Shown here piece after piece: positions 48,200 to 57,909 of a DNA stretch of 64,000 nucleotides; position 1 is the first letter of the stretch, and each line of letters starts with the position of its first letter. The translations under genes were made by a program, and so were the position numbers. Under the pieces are notes generated by a model. The model did not search any database. It was not told the origin of the DNA and worked only from the letters and a program-made list of their open reading frames with translations. Source of the stretch: an uncultured Gemmatimonadales bacterium. Lineage in GTDB: Bacteria > Gemmatimonadota > Gemmatimonadetes > Gemmatimonadales > GWC2-71-9. The stretch is taken from the NCBI GenBank assembly GCA_963739455.1, contig CAVUAK010000002.1, positions 192,001 through 256,000 of the forward strand, given 5' to 3'.

Positions 48200-48565
48200 C
48201 TAGTTGCCGAGAAGCAGCAGCGCGAACAACGACAGGACAGTGATACCGGCGGCCACCAGCATCACCCTGGTGGCCCCTGGCTTTTCGGGGTTGGGCGCCT
48301 TCCACGGCAACGCGGCTCACCTGGGAAAGCGGGAGGGCAACGCGCCCAGCTCTCGCTCCTTCCGAATATCGAGTCGTTCCTGACCTGGGGCGAGGTCACC
48401 ACCAGACGTCTGCCATCGTTGAGCGTGAGCCGCACTTCACCCGGCAGGCTTCCCAGGCTGTCGGGGGACGCAGGGAGCACGCGCCACTGCTTGGCCGGCG
48501 CAGCCGCTGACACCAGCAAGTGTCACCGCAAGCACGATCAAGTGACGGCTATTCAAGGCAGTCAC
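48200..48565 (-). CDS. Lipoprotein, array paralog A (frameshifted)
   Basis: LAGVSG-C..QW, EVRLTLNDGRRLVVTSPQVRNDSIFG, ALPLSQVSRVAV, C-terminal TM VMLVAAGITVLSLFALLLLGN. Confidence 0.6.
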
Positions 48566-48949
48566 CGTGGCAGGTATCGGCAAAGGCCAGCGACACGACA
48601 CCCAACCCGAGCAGCACACCCAGGAAGGCATTCACGGTTGTATCTGCCCCGCGGACCGCGAGGCGGCTGACGTCATCGAGGGCGACCGCGCGCCGCGTCA
48701 ACCCGGAACCCTCGGTCCACTCCGTGCTTCCCAGCCGACGATCGAGTCGGCCACCACCGCAGGATCCCGCAGGTACAGGTAGCTGCCGTCAGTACGCTTG
48801 ACCTGCACTTCCGTGGGACCGCGCTGCCGAATCAGCTCGGCAGGCGCGACCTGCTCTGCGCGCCAGCCTGTAGTGCAGCCGTGAAGCGCCAGGAGGAGCG
48901 GGACCAGGTATCGGCGGCGGCATGCCGCACATCGGCCTGGGCGCATCAT
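48562..48949 (-). CDS. Lipoprotein, array paralog B (frameshift ~48700)
   Basis: LLALHG-C-TTGW, EVQVKRTDGSYLYLRDPAVVADSIVG, AVALDDVSRLAVRGADT, C-terminal TM. Confidence 0.68.
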
Positions 48950-49074
48950 CCCTCACTCAGTTCTGCGAAGAAGGCAGCGAACCCCATGAACACCAGGAAC
49001 AGGGCGAGAAGAGGCCGGGATGCGCGAGCAACCCGTCCAGGTTTCGCGGAAGACTTCTGCTCCAGCCAATTCAT
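48946..49074 (-). pseudogene. 42-aa mini-ORF, probable collapsed array paralog
   Basis: MNWLEQKSSAKPGRVARASRPLLALFLVFMGFAAFFAELSEG*; ATGA overlap with paralog B. Confidence 0.4.
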
Positions 49075-49075
49075 C

Positions 49076-49219
49076 TCAGTCCCCCGAGGGAAGTCCGCCC
49101 GTCGAAACGGTCAACAGGATGAGGCATGTGACGACGATCCCCGCGCCGACCGCCGCGCTCGCCATCGTATCGGGAGAACGCCACGCCAGCACGCCGCGGC
49201 GACCTGGAGGGTGGCTCAT
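49076..49219 (-). pseudogene. 47-aa mini-ORF, probable internally deleted array paralog
   Basis: MSHPPGRRGVLAWRSPDTMASAAVGAGIVVTCLILL..; LAWRSPDT resembles LAVRGADT of paralog B; GAGGAG upstream. Confidence 0.45.
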
Positions 49220-49235
49220 GGCGCGAGCATACTCC

Positions 49236-49592
49236 TCATTGGCCCTCGGCCAGGACGATCCAGGAGATCAGGAACACGCCGAGCGCCACACCAACGAACG
49301 TCGTACCCGCCATCAGCTGGCTGTGCGACCCTCCCGGGACTGCCATCCGGCGCACGTCCTCGAGCGGGATAGCCTGAGGTCCGTCCCTGGTTGAGCCAAA
49401 CAGGGTGTCGCCAGCAATCCGGGGATCGAGAATGACCAGCCGGCTTCCGTCGGGCTGCGTGATGCGTACCTGCTTCGGCTCGCTGGAAAGCGCCGCTGGT
49501 GCGACGGCCACCTGGCGCCAGGCCGCGCAGCCGCTGGACAGGGTCACCGCCAGCAAGAGCACACCAGTGCGCGGTCGGCGGGTCAGTCGCAT
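49236..49592 (-). CDS. Lipoprotein, array paralog D
   Basis: TLSSG-C-AAW, QVRITQPDGSRLVILDPRIAGDTLFG, AIPLEDVRRMAV, C-terminal TM. Confidence 0.72.
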   Translation of the reverse strand: MRLTRRPRTGVLLLAVTLSSGCAAWRQVAVAPAALSSEPKQVRITQPDGSRLVILDPRIAGDTLFGSTRDGPQAIPLEDVRRMAVPGGSHSQLMAGTTFVGVALGVFLISWIVLAEGQ

Positions 49593-50020
49593 GAGGTAGA
49601 GCACACGATGATGTAGACGGCGACCACTGACGCGATGAAGGCGGCGAATCCGGTTGCGGCGCCAAGGATGACATTCGGCGCCACATTGTTGCCGCGGATC
49701 GCCAGCTGCTTCACCTCGGCGAGGGGGAACGCCCGGCGAACGGGATCTGTTGCGCCAGGCGAGGTTGTGGTGACCTGCCATCCCACAAGGCTGTCACCCT
49801 CGATCGCCGGATCACGCACGACCAGCCTTCCCCCGCCTGCGAATCGCACCTGCACCTCGGTCTCACCGGTAGACTGAAGAAGCTGCGCCGGGGCTACGTC
49901 CTGTGGCTTCCAGTTCGTAAAGCAGCCCGCAATGGCCATCAGGCCGAGGAGGGCGGCGCGGCGCCACAGGCGGGACGCAGGGCGCTCGATGCAGGAGGGT
50001 CGGGAACGTTGTGTAGTCAC
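49583..50020 (-). CDS. Lipoprotein, array paralog E
   Basis: MAIAG-C-FTNW, EVQVRFAGGGRLVVRDPAIEGDSLVG, AFPLAEVKQLAI, C-terminal TM. Confidence 0.72.
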   Translation of the reverse strand: MTTQRSRPSCIERPASRLWRRAALLGLMAIAGCFTNWKPQDVAPAQLLQSTGETEVQVRFAGGGRLVVRDPAIEGDSLVGWQVTTTSPGATDPVRRAFPLAEVKQLAIRGNNVAPNVILGAATGFAAFIASVVAVYIIVCSTSCD

Positions 50021-50953
50021 AGGAACAAGATGCGGCGAGGGCGTCCCCTGCCCGTGACCTGCCTAGGGAGTCGCGCGGCTGACTGAGCGGGTGGCCTGCC
50101 CATCAGCGCCTCGACAACCCGATCGGGGCGCTCTTCGGCGAGGTGATGCCCGGCGCCCGGCACCGTATCGATCGTCAGCGCCGCCAGGCCGGCGGAGAGC
50201 ATGCGCACTTCGTCCTTGGGTGGTCCCGCGCTGTGCTTCGCGCCACCAAGCAGCAGCAGCACCGGCACCTTCACCTCGGCCACGCGGTCGGCGATGTCAT
50301 CCGGCTCCTTTGCGCGCGCGATGGCCCGATAGGCGTCGATGGTTGCGCTCAGGTCGTTAGCCGCGCCGCGGGTGTACTCATTCACGACGTCGTCGGTGAC
50401 CCACGATGGATCCCCTGATGCCGAGATCATTCCCTTGCGGATGAGACCGCGAACGAGCCCATATGCCGAACAGCTGCAGGCCGGCCGAGTTCTCCATGGC
50501 GCGGCGGAAGCCCGGACCCGCGGCACGCTCCGCACCACCACCCTCGAGCAGCACCAGCCGTGTCACCACATCGGGCCGCGCCGCAGCCAGCCGCACTGCC
50601 ACCGCGCCGTTCGTTCCCTGCGCGCCCACAATGGCCGACCTGATACCGCAACTGTCGAGTACCGCGGCAATCCGCCGTGCCTGCGCACTCAGGGAGTAGT
50701 CGGCCCTCTTCGGCCGCGAGGAGGTGCCGATTGCCAGCGGCTCCACGACCACGACGCGGTACCCGCCTCCGACGAGGGCCAGCGCCACGTGGCGGAAGGT
50801 GTAGACCGAACCGAGGAAGTCGACGATCAGGACCACGACCGGCGCGGATGGCGCGCCCCAGACTTCAACCGTCAGTGTCTCAGCCGGTGCGGCAGCGATG
50901 CGCCGTTGCTCCGGCGCCGCCGCCAAGGCGAGCAGCAGCATGAGCGTGTTCAC
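50017..50953 (-). CDS. Alpha/beta-hydrolase-fold protein with signal-like N-terminus (frameshift ~50460)
   Basis: GYRVVVVEPLAIGTSSRP..DYSL, RPDVVTRLVL, VPVLLLLG, GAGHHLAEERP; GAGGAGG RBS. Confidence 0.78.
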
Positions 50954-51589
50954 GCCTGCCTCCTCTGGCGGCGAGCCGCCACGACTCCTATGGAGAGCGA
51001 TACGCAGAGCAGCACCGACCAGCACGCCGATCCCCGGGCGCCACATGGTGCCGGCGGCGGCGAACAGCAGGAAGTTGGGAAACCGTCCGAGCCCCATGGC
51101 GAGCAGGTAGCGCGGCACGGAATAGCCCGCCGCCGGCGCGACGAACCGCAGCGCCCAGTCGGGCAGTGGCGTCAGCGCAAACACGAACGTGGTGAGGAAT
51201 GGCGCGCGGCTGAACCAGCGGATCGCGCGCTGTACCATGCCGTGCTGTACCGCGCGGCGGCCGCGCGCATCGCTGCAGAGCGCCCGGAAGACGTGATAGT
51301 CGACGTACTCCACCACCAGGTCCGCGAGTGTCCCGATGGCCGCGATCTCCACGGGCGGGTAGAGCCCGCCGAAGTGCGCCAGGATCGGCTCATACGCCGC
51401 CGGCATGAACATGGCCAACGGTCCGTGGGTCCAGAGGGTGGCGAGCACGAAGACGAGCAGCGGCGCGGTGGCCGGCGCCAGGATCACCAGCGGAATGCCA
51501 AGCGCCGCCATGACACCGGTGCCCCGGAGGATCCCGTCCCAGCGGCGGTCGCCGTAGGGACGCACGAGGAGGCTGGTCGCGGCGGTCAT
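50950..51589 (-). CDS. DedA/VTT (SNARE-associated) membrane protein (frameshift ~51015)
   Basis: Hydrophobic; PAAYEP, FALTPLPDW..YSVPRYLLAMGLGRFP. Confidence 0.7.
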
Positions 51590-52591
51590 GCGCACGGCAC
51601 CAGCTGCCCCACCATCGGCACGGCACTCGGTTGTCACGCCACTGGTGGTGTATGCCTGGCGGATCAGTGTCAGCGCATGCTCGGCCCGAGCCAGGGTCAT
51701 GACGGGTTCACCGCCCCGCGTCAGGACGCGGACGAAGTCGCCGAGCATGGCGCGGTAGCCACCGATGTCGCGAATGGAGGGCACGACGAGGCGCGTGCGC
51801 CGGCCGCGGATCAGCGCGAAGACGCCGTTCGACTCGAAGGTGATGCTGCCGCGCGTGCCGGTCACCTTGGACAGGCGGAGGCCATGCAGGAGCGACGGCG
51901 ACTCCCATGAGTGGAGCAGCACGCCGACGCCGCCCTGCTCGTACTGGGCCACCACCGCCATGCTCCGCTCGTCACCGCGCTGGTCTCCGGGCCAGTAACC
52001 CTGCACGCTCTCGACGGTCAGCCCGAGGTTTGCCAGCAGGTCGATCCAGTGGACGCCGCCCTCGAAGAGCGCCCCACCGCCGGAGAGCTCGGTGTCATCG
52101 CGCCAGTCGCTCGCCCGCCGATGCTTCAGGGCGTTCAGCACCACAAACCGGATGTCACCGAGTTCGCCGCTGCCGATGACGTCCTGCAGCACGCCCGCCA
52201 GCGGCTTGTAGGCGTAGTTCTCGGCGACGAGCACTGAGCGGCGCGCGGCGGCCGCGGCCCTGGCGACCGTCTGGCAATCGGACGGGGAGAGGAAGGCCGG
52301 CTTCTCGACGATGACATGCTTGCCGGCCGCCAGCGCGCGCAGGGTCAGGGACAGGTGATGGAGCGGCGGCGTGGCCACCAGGACCGCGTCGATGTGCGGC
52401 GCGGCGAGCGCATCGTCATAGCAGGCGAACCAGCCACTCGCCTGCGTCTCCCGCGCGAAGTCCTCGGCCCGCGCCGGAAAGCGGCTCGCACCGAAACGCC
52501 GTACGCCCGGGGCGATCGACCCCAGCATGCGGCTATGCTGTTTCGCGATGCGGCCACAACCCAGCATCGCGATACTGAGCGAGGCGTTCAT
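51586..52591 (-). CDS. Gfo/Idh/MocA family NAD(P)-dependent oxidoreductase
   Basis: LGCGRIA, VATPPLHH, GKHVIVEKP, SGGGALFEGGVHWID. Confidence 0.88.
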
Positions 52592-54156
52592 GGGGCGTCT
52601 CCTGGCGGATGGTGAGGTGCGACGTGCCTGCGGCCAGCAGTGAGGCACAGCGCAGGGCATTTGCGGCGATGGTGAGGCTGGGATTGACGCCACCGACGTC
52701 GGCAGCGCGCTGCCATCCATGACGTGCAGGTTCTCGAGGCCCCGGTAGCGGCCGGCAGGCGTCCAGCGGTGCCGTCGCAGGGTCGATCGCCCATGCGGAC
52801 GGTGCCCAGGGCATGCGAGAAGGTGCTGATGGTGCGGGAGAAGCAGGTAACGGCCCCCGCCTCGCGCAGGACGCGTCGCGCGCAACGCGCGAGGGCGTCG
52901 CCCGCGTCGCGGTCGCGCCTGGTGTACTCGTGGTGCACGGTCAGGCGCGGCAGGCCGAACCGGTCTCGCTCCGACCAGTCGATCGTCACCCCGTTGCGCA
53001 GCTGGGGCTCATCTTCGGCGATGCCGAGCAGTGCTGCCGAACGGGAGAGCACCTGCCCCGCCGCGGGCACCAGCCAGCGCGGAAGGTGCTGCGCCACCAC
53101 CGAGAGCGGCGGTACGGCCATCTGCTGCAGCACACCGAGCTTGCCGGGGCCAGTCCACTCGTGGCCGAAGTAGAAGTCCGTGATCGCCACCTGCTTCACG
53201 AACCGGTGCCCGCGGTCGGGGGGCGCCGGGAACACGCCGAAGACGATCCTGTTGTAGTGCCGCGTGAGGTAGTGCCCGACCGCACTCTGCGCCGGGCTTC
53301 GCTCGTCGAGCCCCGACGCGAGCAGGAGGTGCGGCGTCGCCAGCGCCCCCGCCGCGAGGATGACGTGCCTCGCCCGCAAGCGCCGGAACTGCCGGCTCGC
53401 GTGATCCACCACTTCCACGGCGCCGATCCGGCCATTCCACTCGACCAGCCGGGTGACGACGGTGTTGTGCCGCAGCACCAGCCCTTCCCTCAGCAGCGGT
53501 GTGATGAGCCGGGTCGCCACGTCGTTCTTGGCCTGCACGGCGCAGGCGAACCCATCGCACGCGTTGCAGGAGACGCAGCGGCCCCGCGAATCGATGGCCA
53601 CCGGTACCCGGCTCGGATGCAGCCCGAGGCGCCGGGACGCCTCCGCCAGCCGGAGCGACAGCGGGGCAAGAGGCGACGGGGCCGCCACGAACGGCGCACT
53701 GCGCCGCGGCTCGACGGGATCATCACCCGAGATCCCGGCCACGCCGAGGAGTGCTTCGGCGCTGGTGTAGTAGGGCTCCATGTCGGCATACGCGACCGGC
53801 CAGCGGGCGCCCGCGGCGGCATGAACCGATGGGTCGGGCACGAAGTCGGCCTCGCGGTAGCGCAGCGACGCACCGCCATAGAACACCGATGGGCCACCCA
53901 CACAGAACATCCCGCCCGCCAGGCTCCGGCGCCGACCCTCTTCGACGTGGTAGCTCGACTCGGTGGAGTAGAACGGCGACACCATGCCGGCGCGGCTTGG
54001 CCTCCAGCTGGCTGGCCCGCGAGGTACCCAGTCGCCGCGCTCGAGCATGAGCACTCGCCAGCCGGCCTTCACCAGGACATGCGCTGCCATGGCGCCGCCG
54101 AAGCCACTGCCGACGATGATGGCATCCCATTCACGGGCGTCCGGCGCGTCGATCAT
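52588..54156 (-). CDS. GMC family FAD oxidoreductase (frameshifts ~52780-52690)
   Basis: IIVGSGFGG, LERG, CVGGPSVFYGG, CxxCxxC, LAAGALATPHLLLASG, HALGTVRMG, DGS..VNPSLTIAANALR. Confidence 0.9.
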   Translation of the reverse strand: MIDAPDAREWDAIIVGSGFGGAMAAHVLVKAGWRVLMLERGDWVPRGPASWRPSRAGMVSPFYSTESSYHVEEGRRRSLAGGMFCVGGPSVFYGGASLRYREADFVPDPSVHAAAGARWPVAYADMEPYYTSAEALLGVAGISGDDPVEPRRSAPFVAAPSPLAPLSLRLAEASRRLGLHPSRVPVAIDSRGRCVSCNACDGFACAVQAKNDVATRLITPLLREGLVLRHNTVVTRLVEWNGRIGAVEVVDHASRQFRRLRARHVILAAGALATPHLLLASGLDERSPAQSAVGHYLTRHYNRIVFGVFPAPPDRGHRFVKQVAITDFYFGHEWTGPGKLGVLQQMAVPPLSVVAQHLPRWLVPAAGQVLSRSAALLGIAEDEPQLRNGVTIDWSERDRFGLPRLTVHHEYTRRDRDAGDALARCARRVLREAGAVTCFSRTISTFSHALGTVRMGDRPCDGTAGRLPAATGASRTCTSWMAARCRRRWRQSQPHHRRKCPALCLTAGRRHVAPHHPPGDAP

Positions 54157-55010
54157 GGCGCCCACCCGGTGACCGCGGGCCGCACCGCAACACATCCATC
54201 GCAACCGGCGGCGCGCGACGCGTACACCGCCGTGCCCAGGCCCATGGCCAGGGCGCCCGTGATCGCGGCGTAGAGCGGCACGAGCCGGTAGCGATGAAGC
54301 AGCATCTGCGGGAAGTGGATTGGCTTGCCGGCGAACTTGCCGCCGGGTTCATTGGGGCGGCTGAACTTCTTCCACGTCTCGAGCGAGGCGATGGTGAGCC
54401 CGGTCGCCGCCAGCATGACGATGCCAGGGTCGGGCGTGAGCTGCGACAGGAGCAGCGCATAGCCGAACGCGACGCCGGGACTGCGAAAGAACTTGAAGGT
54501 CTCGAATCCCTCGATCGGCGCATCCTTCCACGCGCCGCCGAACGCGCTGATCCAGCCCCCCGCGCTGCCGAGCAGCGCCACCAGCACCCAGCTGTCCGAC
54601 ACCGCGTACCCGAGCCAGCGAACGCCCGCGAGAACGCCGAAGCCACCGGAGAAGTAGATCACGCCGAGGATGGCGCGGGCGACCGCACTGCGCACCGGCT
54701 TGCCGCGCACGGCGAGCTGCATCGGGATCGTGTACTTGGACTGGTCCTCAGCGCGGAAGAACGTCTTCCAGGTCTCGATGATGAATCGCTCGACGGTGTA
54801 GGCTGCCCCGAAGAGGAGTACTGCCCCGCCCGGCCCGGCGGGCCACGGCAGCAAGGCGCAAAGCACAAGGGCTGCTGCGAGCCCGATTGCCGGGCTGCGG
54901 ACGAACCGGCTCCAGTGGAAGCCCTCGTGCGGCGCGTCCTTGAACACGCCCCAGGTGGCCGCATGCAGGCCTGCGGCAAGCCCGACGGCAGCGGCAATCG
55001 TGAAAGTCAT
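54153..55010 (-). CDS. Uncharacterised integral membrane protein with internal duplication
   Basis: Two repeats KDAP(H/I)EGF..F(V/F)RSP..ETWK(T/K)F; about 8 hydrophobic segments; GGAGG RBS. Confidence 0.75.
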   Translation of the reverse strand: MTFTIAAAVGLAAGLHAATWGVFKDAPHEGFHWSRFVRSPAIGLAAALVLCALLPWPAGPGGAVLLFGAAYTVERFIIETWKTFFRAEDQSKYTIPMQLAVRGKPVRSAVARAILGVIYFSGGFGVLAGVRWLGYAVSDSWVLVALLGSAGGWISAFGGAWKDAPIEGFETFKFFRSPGVAFGYALLLSQLTPDPGIVMLAATGLTIASLETWKKFSRPNEPGGKFAGKPIHFPQMLLHRYRLVPLYAAITGALAMGLGTAVYASRAAGCDGCVAVRPAVTGWAP

Positions 55011-55080
55011 GGTGCCTCCATTCCGGGTGTGTGCGCACCGATCGCCAGGAGCACGCGACGCCGATAGGTGCCTTCGAGGG

Positions 55081-55097
55081 GTCAAGGTCGCGTCAAG
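55081..55097. promoter_or_regulatory. GTCAAG-N5-GTCAAG direct repeat, candidate SARP operator
   Basis: GTCAAG at 55081 and 55092 (11-bp period) in the divergent intergenic region; reads TTGAC twice on the minus strand. Confidence 0.4.
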
Positions 55098-55236
55098 ACG
55101 GGCTGCACCCGTTTGCCATGTGGCTGTGCGGCGGGTACGTTCGGACTATGCACAGCACCCGTCCCCTGCTTGTGGGCCGCGCCGTGACTCGCTCCAGGTG
55201 GAGCAGGTCACGGCGCTGTTTGCAGGAGGCTCCTGC

Positions 55237-57909
55237 GTGCTGCAGCTGAGGCTGCTCGGGTCCCTGGATTTCCAGGATCGGTCGGGCACCGAGATTCGCG
55301 CCGTACTGCAGCAGCCCAAGCGTCTTGCCCTCCTCGCCTACCTCGCACTCACCCCCGCTGCCGGCTTCCGCCGGCGTGACTCCCTGCTTGGCCTGTTCTG
55401 GCCCGACCTGGATGCCGAGCACGCCCGTGGCGCGCTCCGTCGCTCCCTCTACTTCCTTCGCCGTGCCTGCGGGGATGACGTGATCGTGTCGCGCGGCGAG
55501 GACGACATCGGCATCCGGGCGGAGGCCCTCTGGTGTGACGTGCCTGCATTCGAGCAGGCGCTTGCCGCGGGAGGGCACACCGAGGCGCTCGCGTTGTACC
55601 GGGGGGAATTGCTGGACGGGTTCTACGTCGCCGGTGCGCCGGCGATGGAGCAGTGGCTGGATGGCGAACGCGTCCGGCTCCGCGCCGGGGCGGCGCGGGC
55701 GGCATGGAGCGCGTGCGATGCGGCCGGGCCGACCGCCGTGGGCGCGATGTGGGCACGGCGCGCCGTCGACCTCGCGCCTCTCGAGGACCGCGGCGTGCGC
55801 CGGCTGCTCACGGTCCTCGAAAAGACCGGCAACGCCGCGGGCGCCATCCAGGCGTTCGAGGAGTTCACTGCGCGCCTGCTCCGCGACCTCGACCTCGAGC
55901 CCTCCGTGGAGACGGCGGCGCTGGCAAGCGCGATCCGCAAGCGGACATCACAGCCGGCAGGCGCGACGCCGGGGCCGGCCACCATTGCATCGCCCGGCGT
56001 CGGGGCCGTGCCAGGCGCGCCACCCGCCGCCGCGCCGCTGCCTGGCAACGTGCTCGCGGTCTGTGCATTCGTTGTGCGCGGCGCCCACGATCTCGACTAT
56101 CTGCGCGAGGGCATGATCGACCTGCTGAGCAACGCACTCGACGGCGCGGGTGACCTGCGCACGGTCGATCCTCGTGCGGTGCTGGCAGCCCCGCTGGCGG
56201 ATGCCGACGCCTCAGATGGTGGCGATACCGACACGCTCGCGCGGGCAGTCGGCGCGGGGCTCCTGATAACCGGTACCGTCATCCGGGCCGGCGGGCATAT
56301 CCGCATCAGCGCGGTGCTGCGTCGCACAGGACAGGGAACCATTGGGCGGGTGGACGCCGAGGCGGTTGGCGAGGACGGCCTGTTCGCCGCCGTGGATGAA
56401 CTCGCTCGCGGACTCGTGACGCTCCTGAGCCAGGCACCGGGCACGCACTCCGCGCAGCTCGCCGCGCGCACCAGTGCCTCGTGGCCCGCCCTCAAGGCGT
56501 TCCTGCAGGGGGAGCACGACTTCCGGCTCGGCCGTCACCCCCGCGCAATGGCGGCGTTCGAGCGCGCGGTCGAACTGGACGGGTCCTTCGCCCTGGCGCA
56601 CTATCGTCTTGCAGGCACCCGCGCCGCGGCGGCGCTCCTCGTGCCGGCGCGTCACGCCTGTCGCACCGCCGGTGTGCTGGGCAGCACGCTCGCGACCGGC
56701 GCGCGCAGGATGATCGAGGCGCAGGACGCGTGGCTCCACGGCAGGCTCGCGCTTGCGGAGCAACGCTATGCCGCAGTCGTGGCCGAGCACCCGGAGAATG
56801 TCGAGGCCTGGTACCTGCTCGGCGACGTCCTCTTCCACGGCAATCCCTGTCGCGGGCGGAGCCCGGTCGAGGCGCGGCCGGCGCTGCAGCGCGCGCTGAC
56901 GCTCGATGGCTCGCATGTGGGAGCACTGGGCAAGCTGGCGCGCATTGCCGCCATGGAAGGAGAAGACGCGACTCTCGACCTGTACGTCGACCGGGTCAAC
57001 GAGCTCACCCCGGCCAGCGAGCAAGCCCTGTCGCTGCGGGCCATGCGCGCCTTCCGTCGCGGCGACATCGCGGAGTTGCTCCGCGTCGCTGGAGACTTCC
57101 GCTCCACGCGCATGTTCGCCGTGGGCGTCGTTCTCGCCGACGCCGCACTTTTCTCCGGTCGCCTCGAGTCGGTGGAGTCGATCGCGCGAGAGGTGATTCC
57201 ACGCGTACCTTCCGCCGAGCTGAGGGCCCTGGGACATCTCTTCCTCGCGGAGGCGGCGCTGGCACAGGATCGACCTGCCGACGCGCTGAAGGACTATGAG
57301 GTCGCGGGAGAACTGGATCCGGCGTGGTCACTCACCGTGCGTGGGCTGCGGGCAGCGACCGGCGCCCTTCCCGCCACGCCGAGCCAGCTTGACCTGCTGC
57401 AGGAGGAGCTGGAGCGCTGGAACGCCAGCGCCGAGCTGGCTCGCGTCAGCCTGCCGCTGGTGCTGCATGATGGCCTCTACGGCCACATCCGGGCCCACGT
57501 CGCCGGCCTGGTGGCGGCCCGACGAGGCGACCTCACGGCCACCGCGCGCTGGAGCGAGGAGCTGGCCGAACTCGCGGTGCCGGACGGCGCGGAAGTCCTG
57601 ACTGAGAACATGCTCCGCACGCTGCAGGCAACGATGCGCAGCGGACAGGACGATCCTGCGGGCGGGTTGCATGCACTCGAGGGAGCCCACACCGAGGTCT
57701 GGTTCCAGTATGCCATGGCGTCGCCGGTGTTCGCCGGCGTGGAAGGCCGGCTGCTCCGCGCGGAGTTCCTCTACCAGCTCGGGCGCGGCCGTGAGGCGGT
57801 CGGCTGGCTGGAGACCATCGGCTGGCACTCGGTGTGGGAATTGAGCCATCGCGCGCGGGCGGCGCGCCGCGCCCGGGAGATCTGTGCTTCAATGGAGGCG
57901 ACAGCGTAG
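55237..57909 (+). CDS. SARP/AfsR-type transcriptional regulator (wHTH + BTAD + TolB-like + TPR)
   Basis: LRLLGSLD..QPKRLALLAYLA..RRDSLLGLFWP, LWCDV, LYRGELLDGF..WLDGER, LDLEPSVET, then TPRs. Confidence 0.9.
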   Translation: MLQLRLLGSLDFQDRSGTEIRAVLQQPKRLALLAYLALTPAAGFRRRDSLLGLFWPDLDAEHARGALRRSLYFLRRACGDDVIVSRGEDDIGIRAEALWCDVPAFEQALAAGGHTEALALYRGELLDGFYVAGAPAMEQWLDGERVRLRAGAARAAWSACDAAGPTAVGAMWARRAVDLAPLEDRGVRRLLTVLEKTGNAAGAIQAFEEFTARLLRDLDLEPSVETAALASAIRKRTSQPAGATPGPATIASPGVGAVPGAPPAAAPLPGNVLAVCAFVVRGAHDLDYLREGMIDLLSNALDGAGDLRTVDPRAVLAAPLADADASDGGDTDTLARAVGAGLLITGTVIRAGGHIRISAVLRRTGQGTIGRVDAEAVGEDGLFAAVDELARGLVTLLSQAPGTHSAQLAARTSASWPALKAFLQGEHDFRLGRHPRAMAAFERAVELDGSFALAHYRLAGTRAAAALLVPARHACRTAGVLGSTLATGARRMIEAQDAWLHGRLALAEQRYAAVVAEHPENVEAWYLLGDVLFHGNPCRGRSPVEARPALQRALTLDGSHVGALGKLARIAAMEGEDATLDLYVDRVNELTPASEQALSLRAMRAFRRGDIAELLRVAGDFRSTRMFAVGVVLADAALFSGRLESVESIAREVIPRVPSAELRALGHLFLAEAALAQDRPADALKDYEVAGELDPAWSLTVRGLRAATGALPATPSQLDLLQEELERWNASAELARVSLPLVLHDGLYGHIRAHVAGLVAARRGDLTATARWSEELAELAVPDGAEVLTENMLRTLQATMRSGQDDPAGGLHALEGAHTEVWFQYAMASPVFAGVEGRLLRAEFLYQLGRGREAVGWLETIGWHSVWELSHRARAARRAREICASMEATA

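Noticed and set aside
50378..52885. 835-aa ORF fusing Gfo/Idh/MocA, VTT and hydrolase
   Set aside because: Alternative frames give natural ends with ATGA/GTGA overlaps and an RBS (e.g. VLLCVSLSIGVVAARRQRRQA*); read-through is best explained by 1-nt indels
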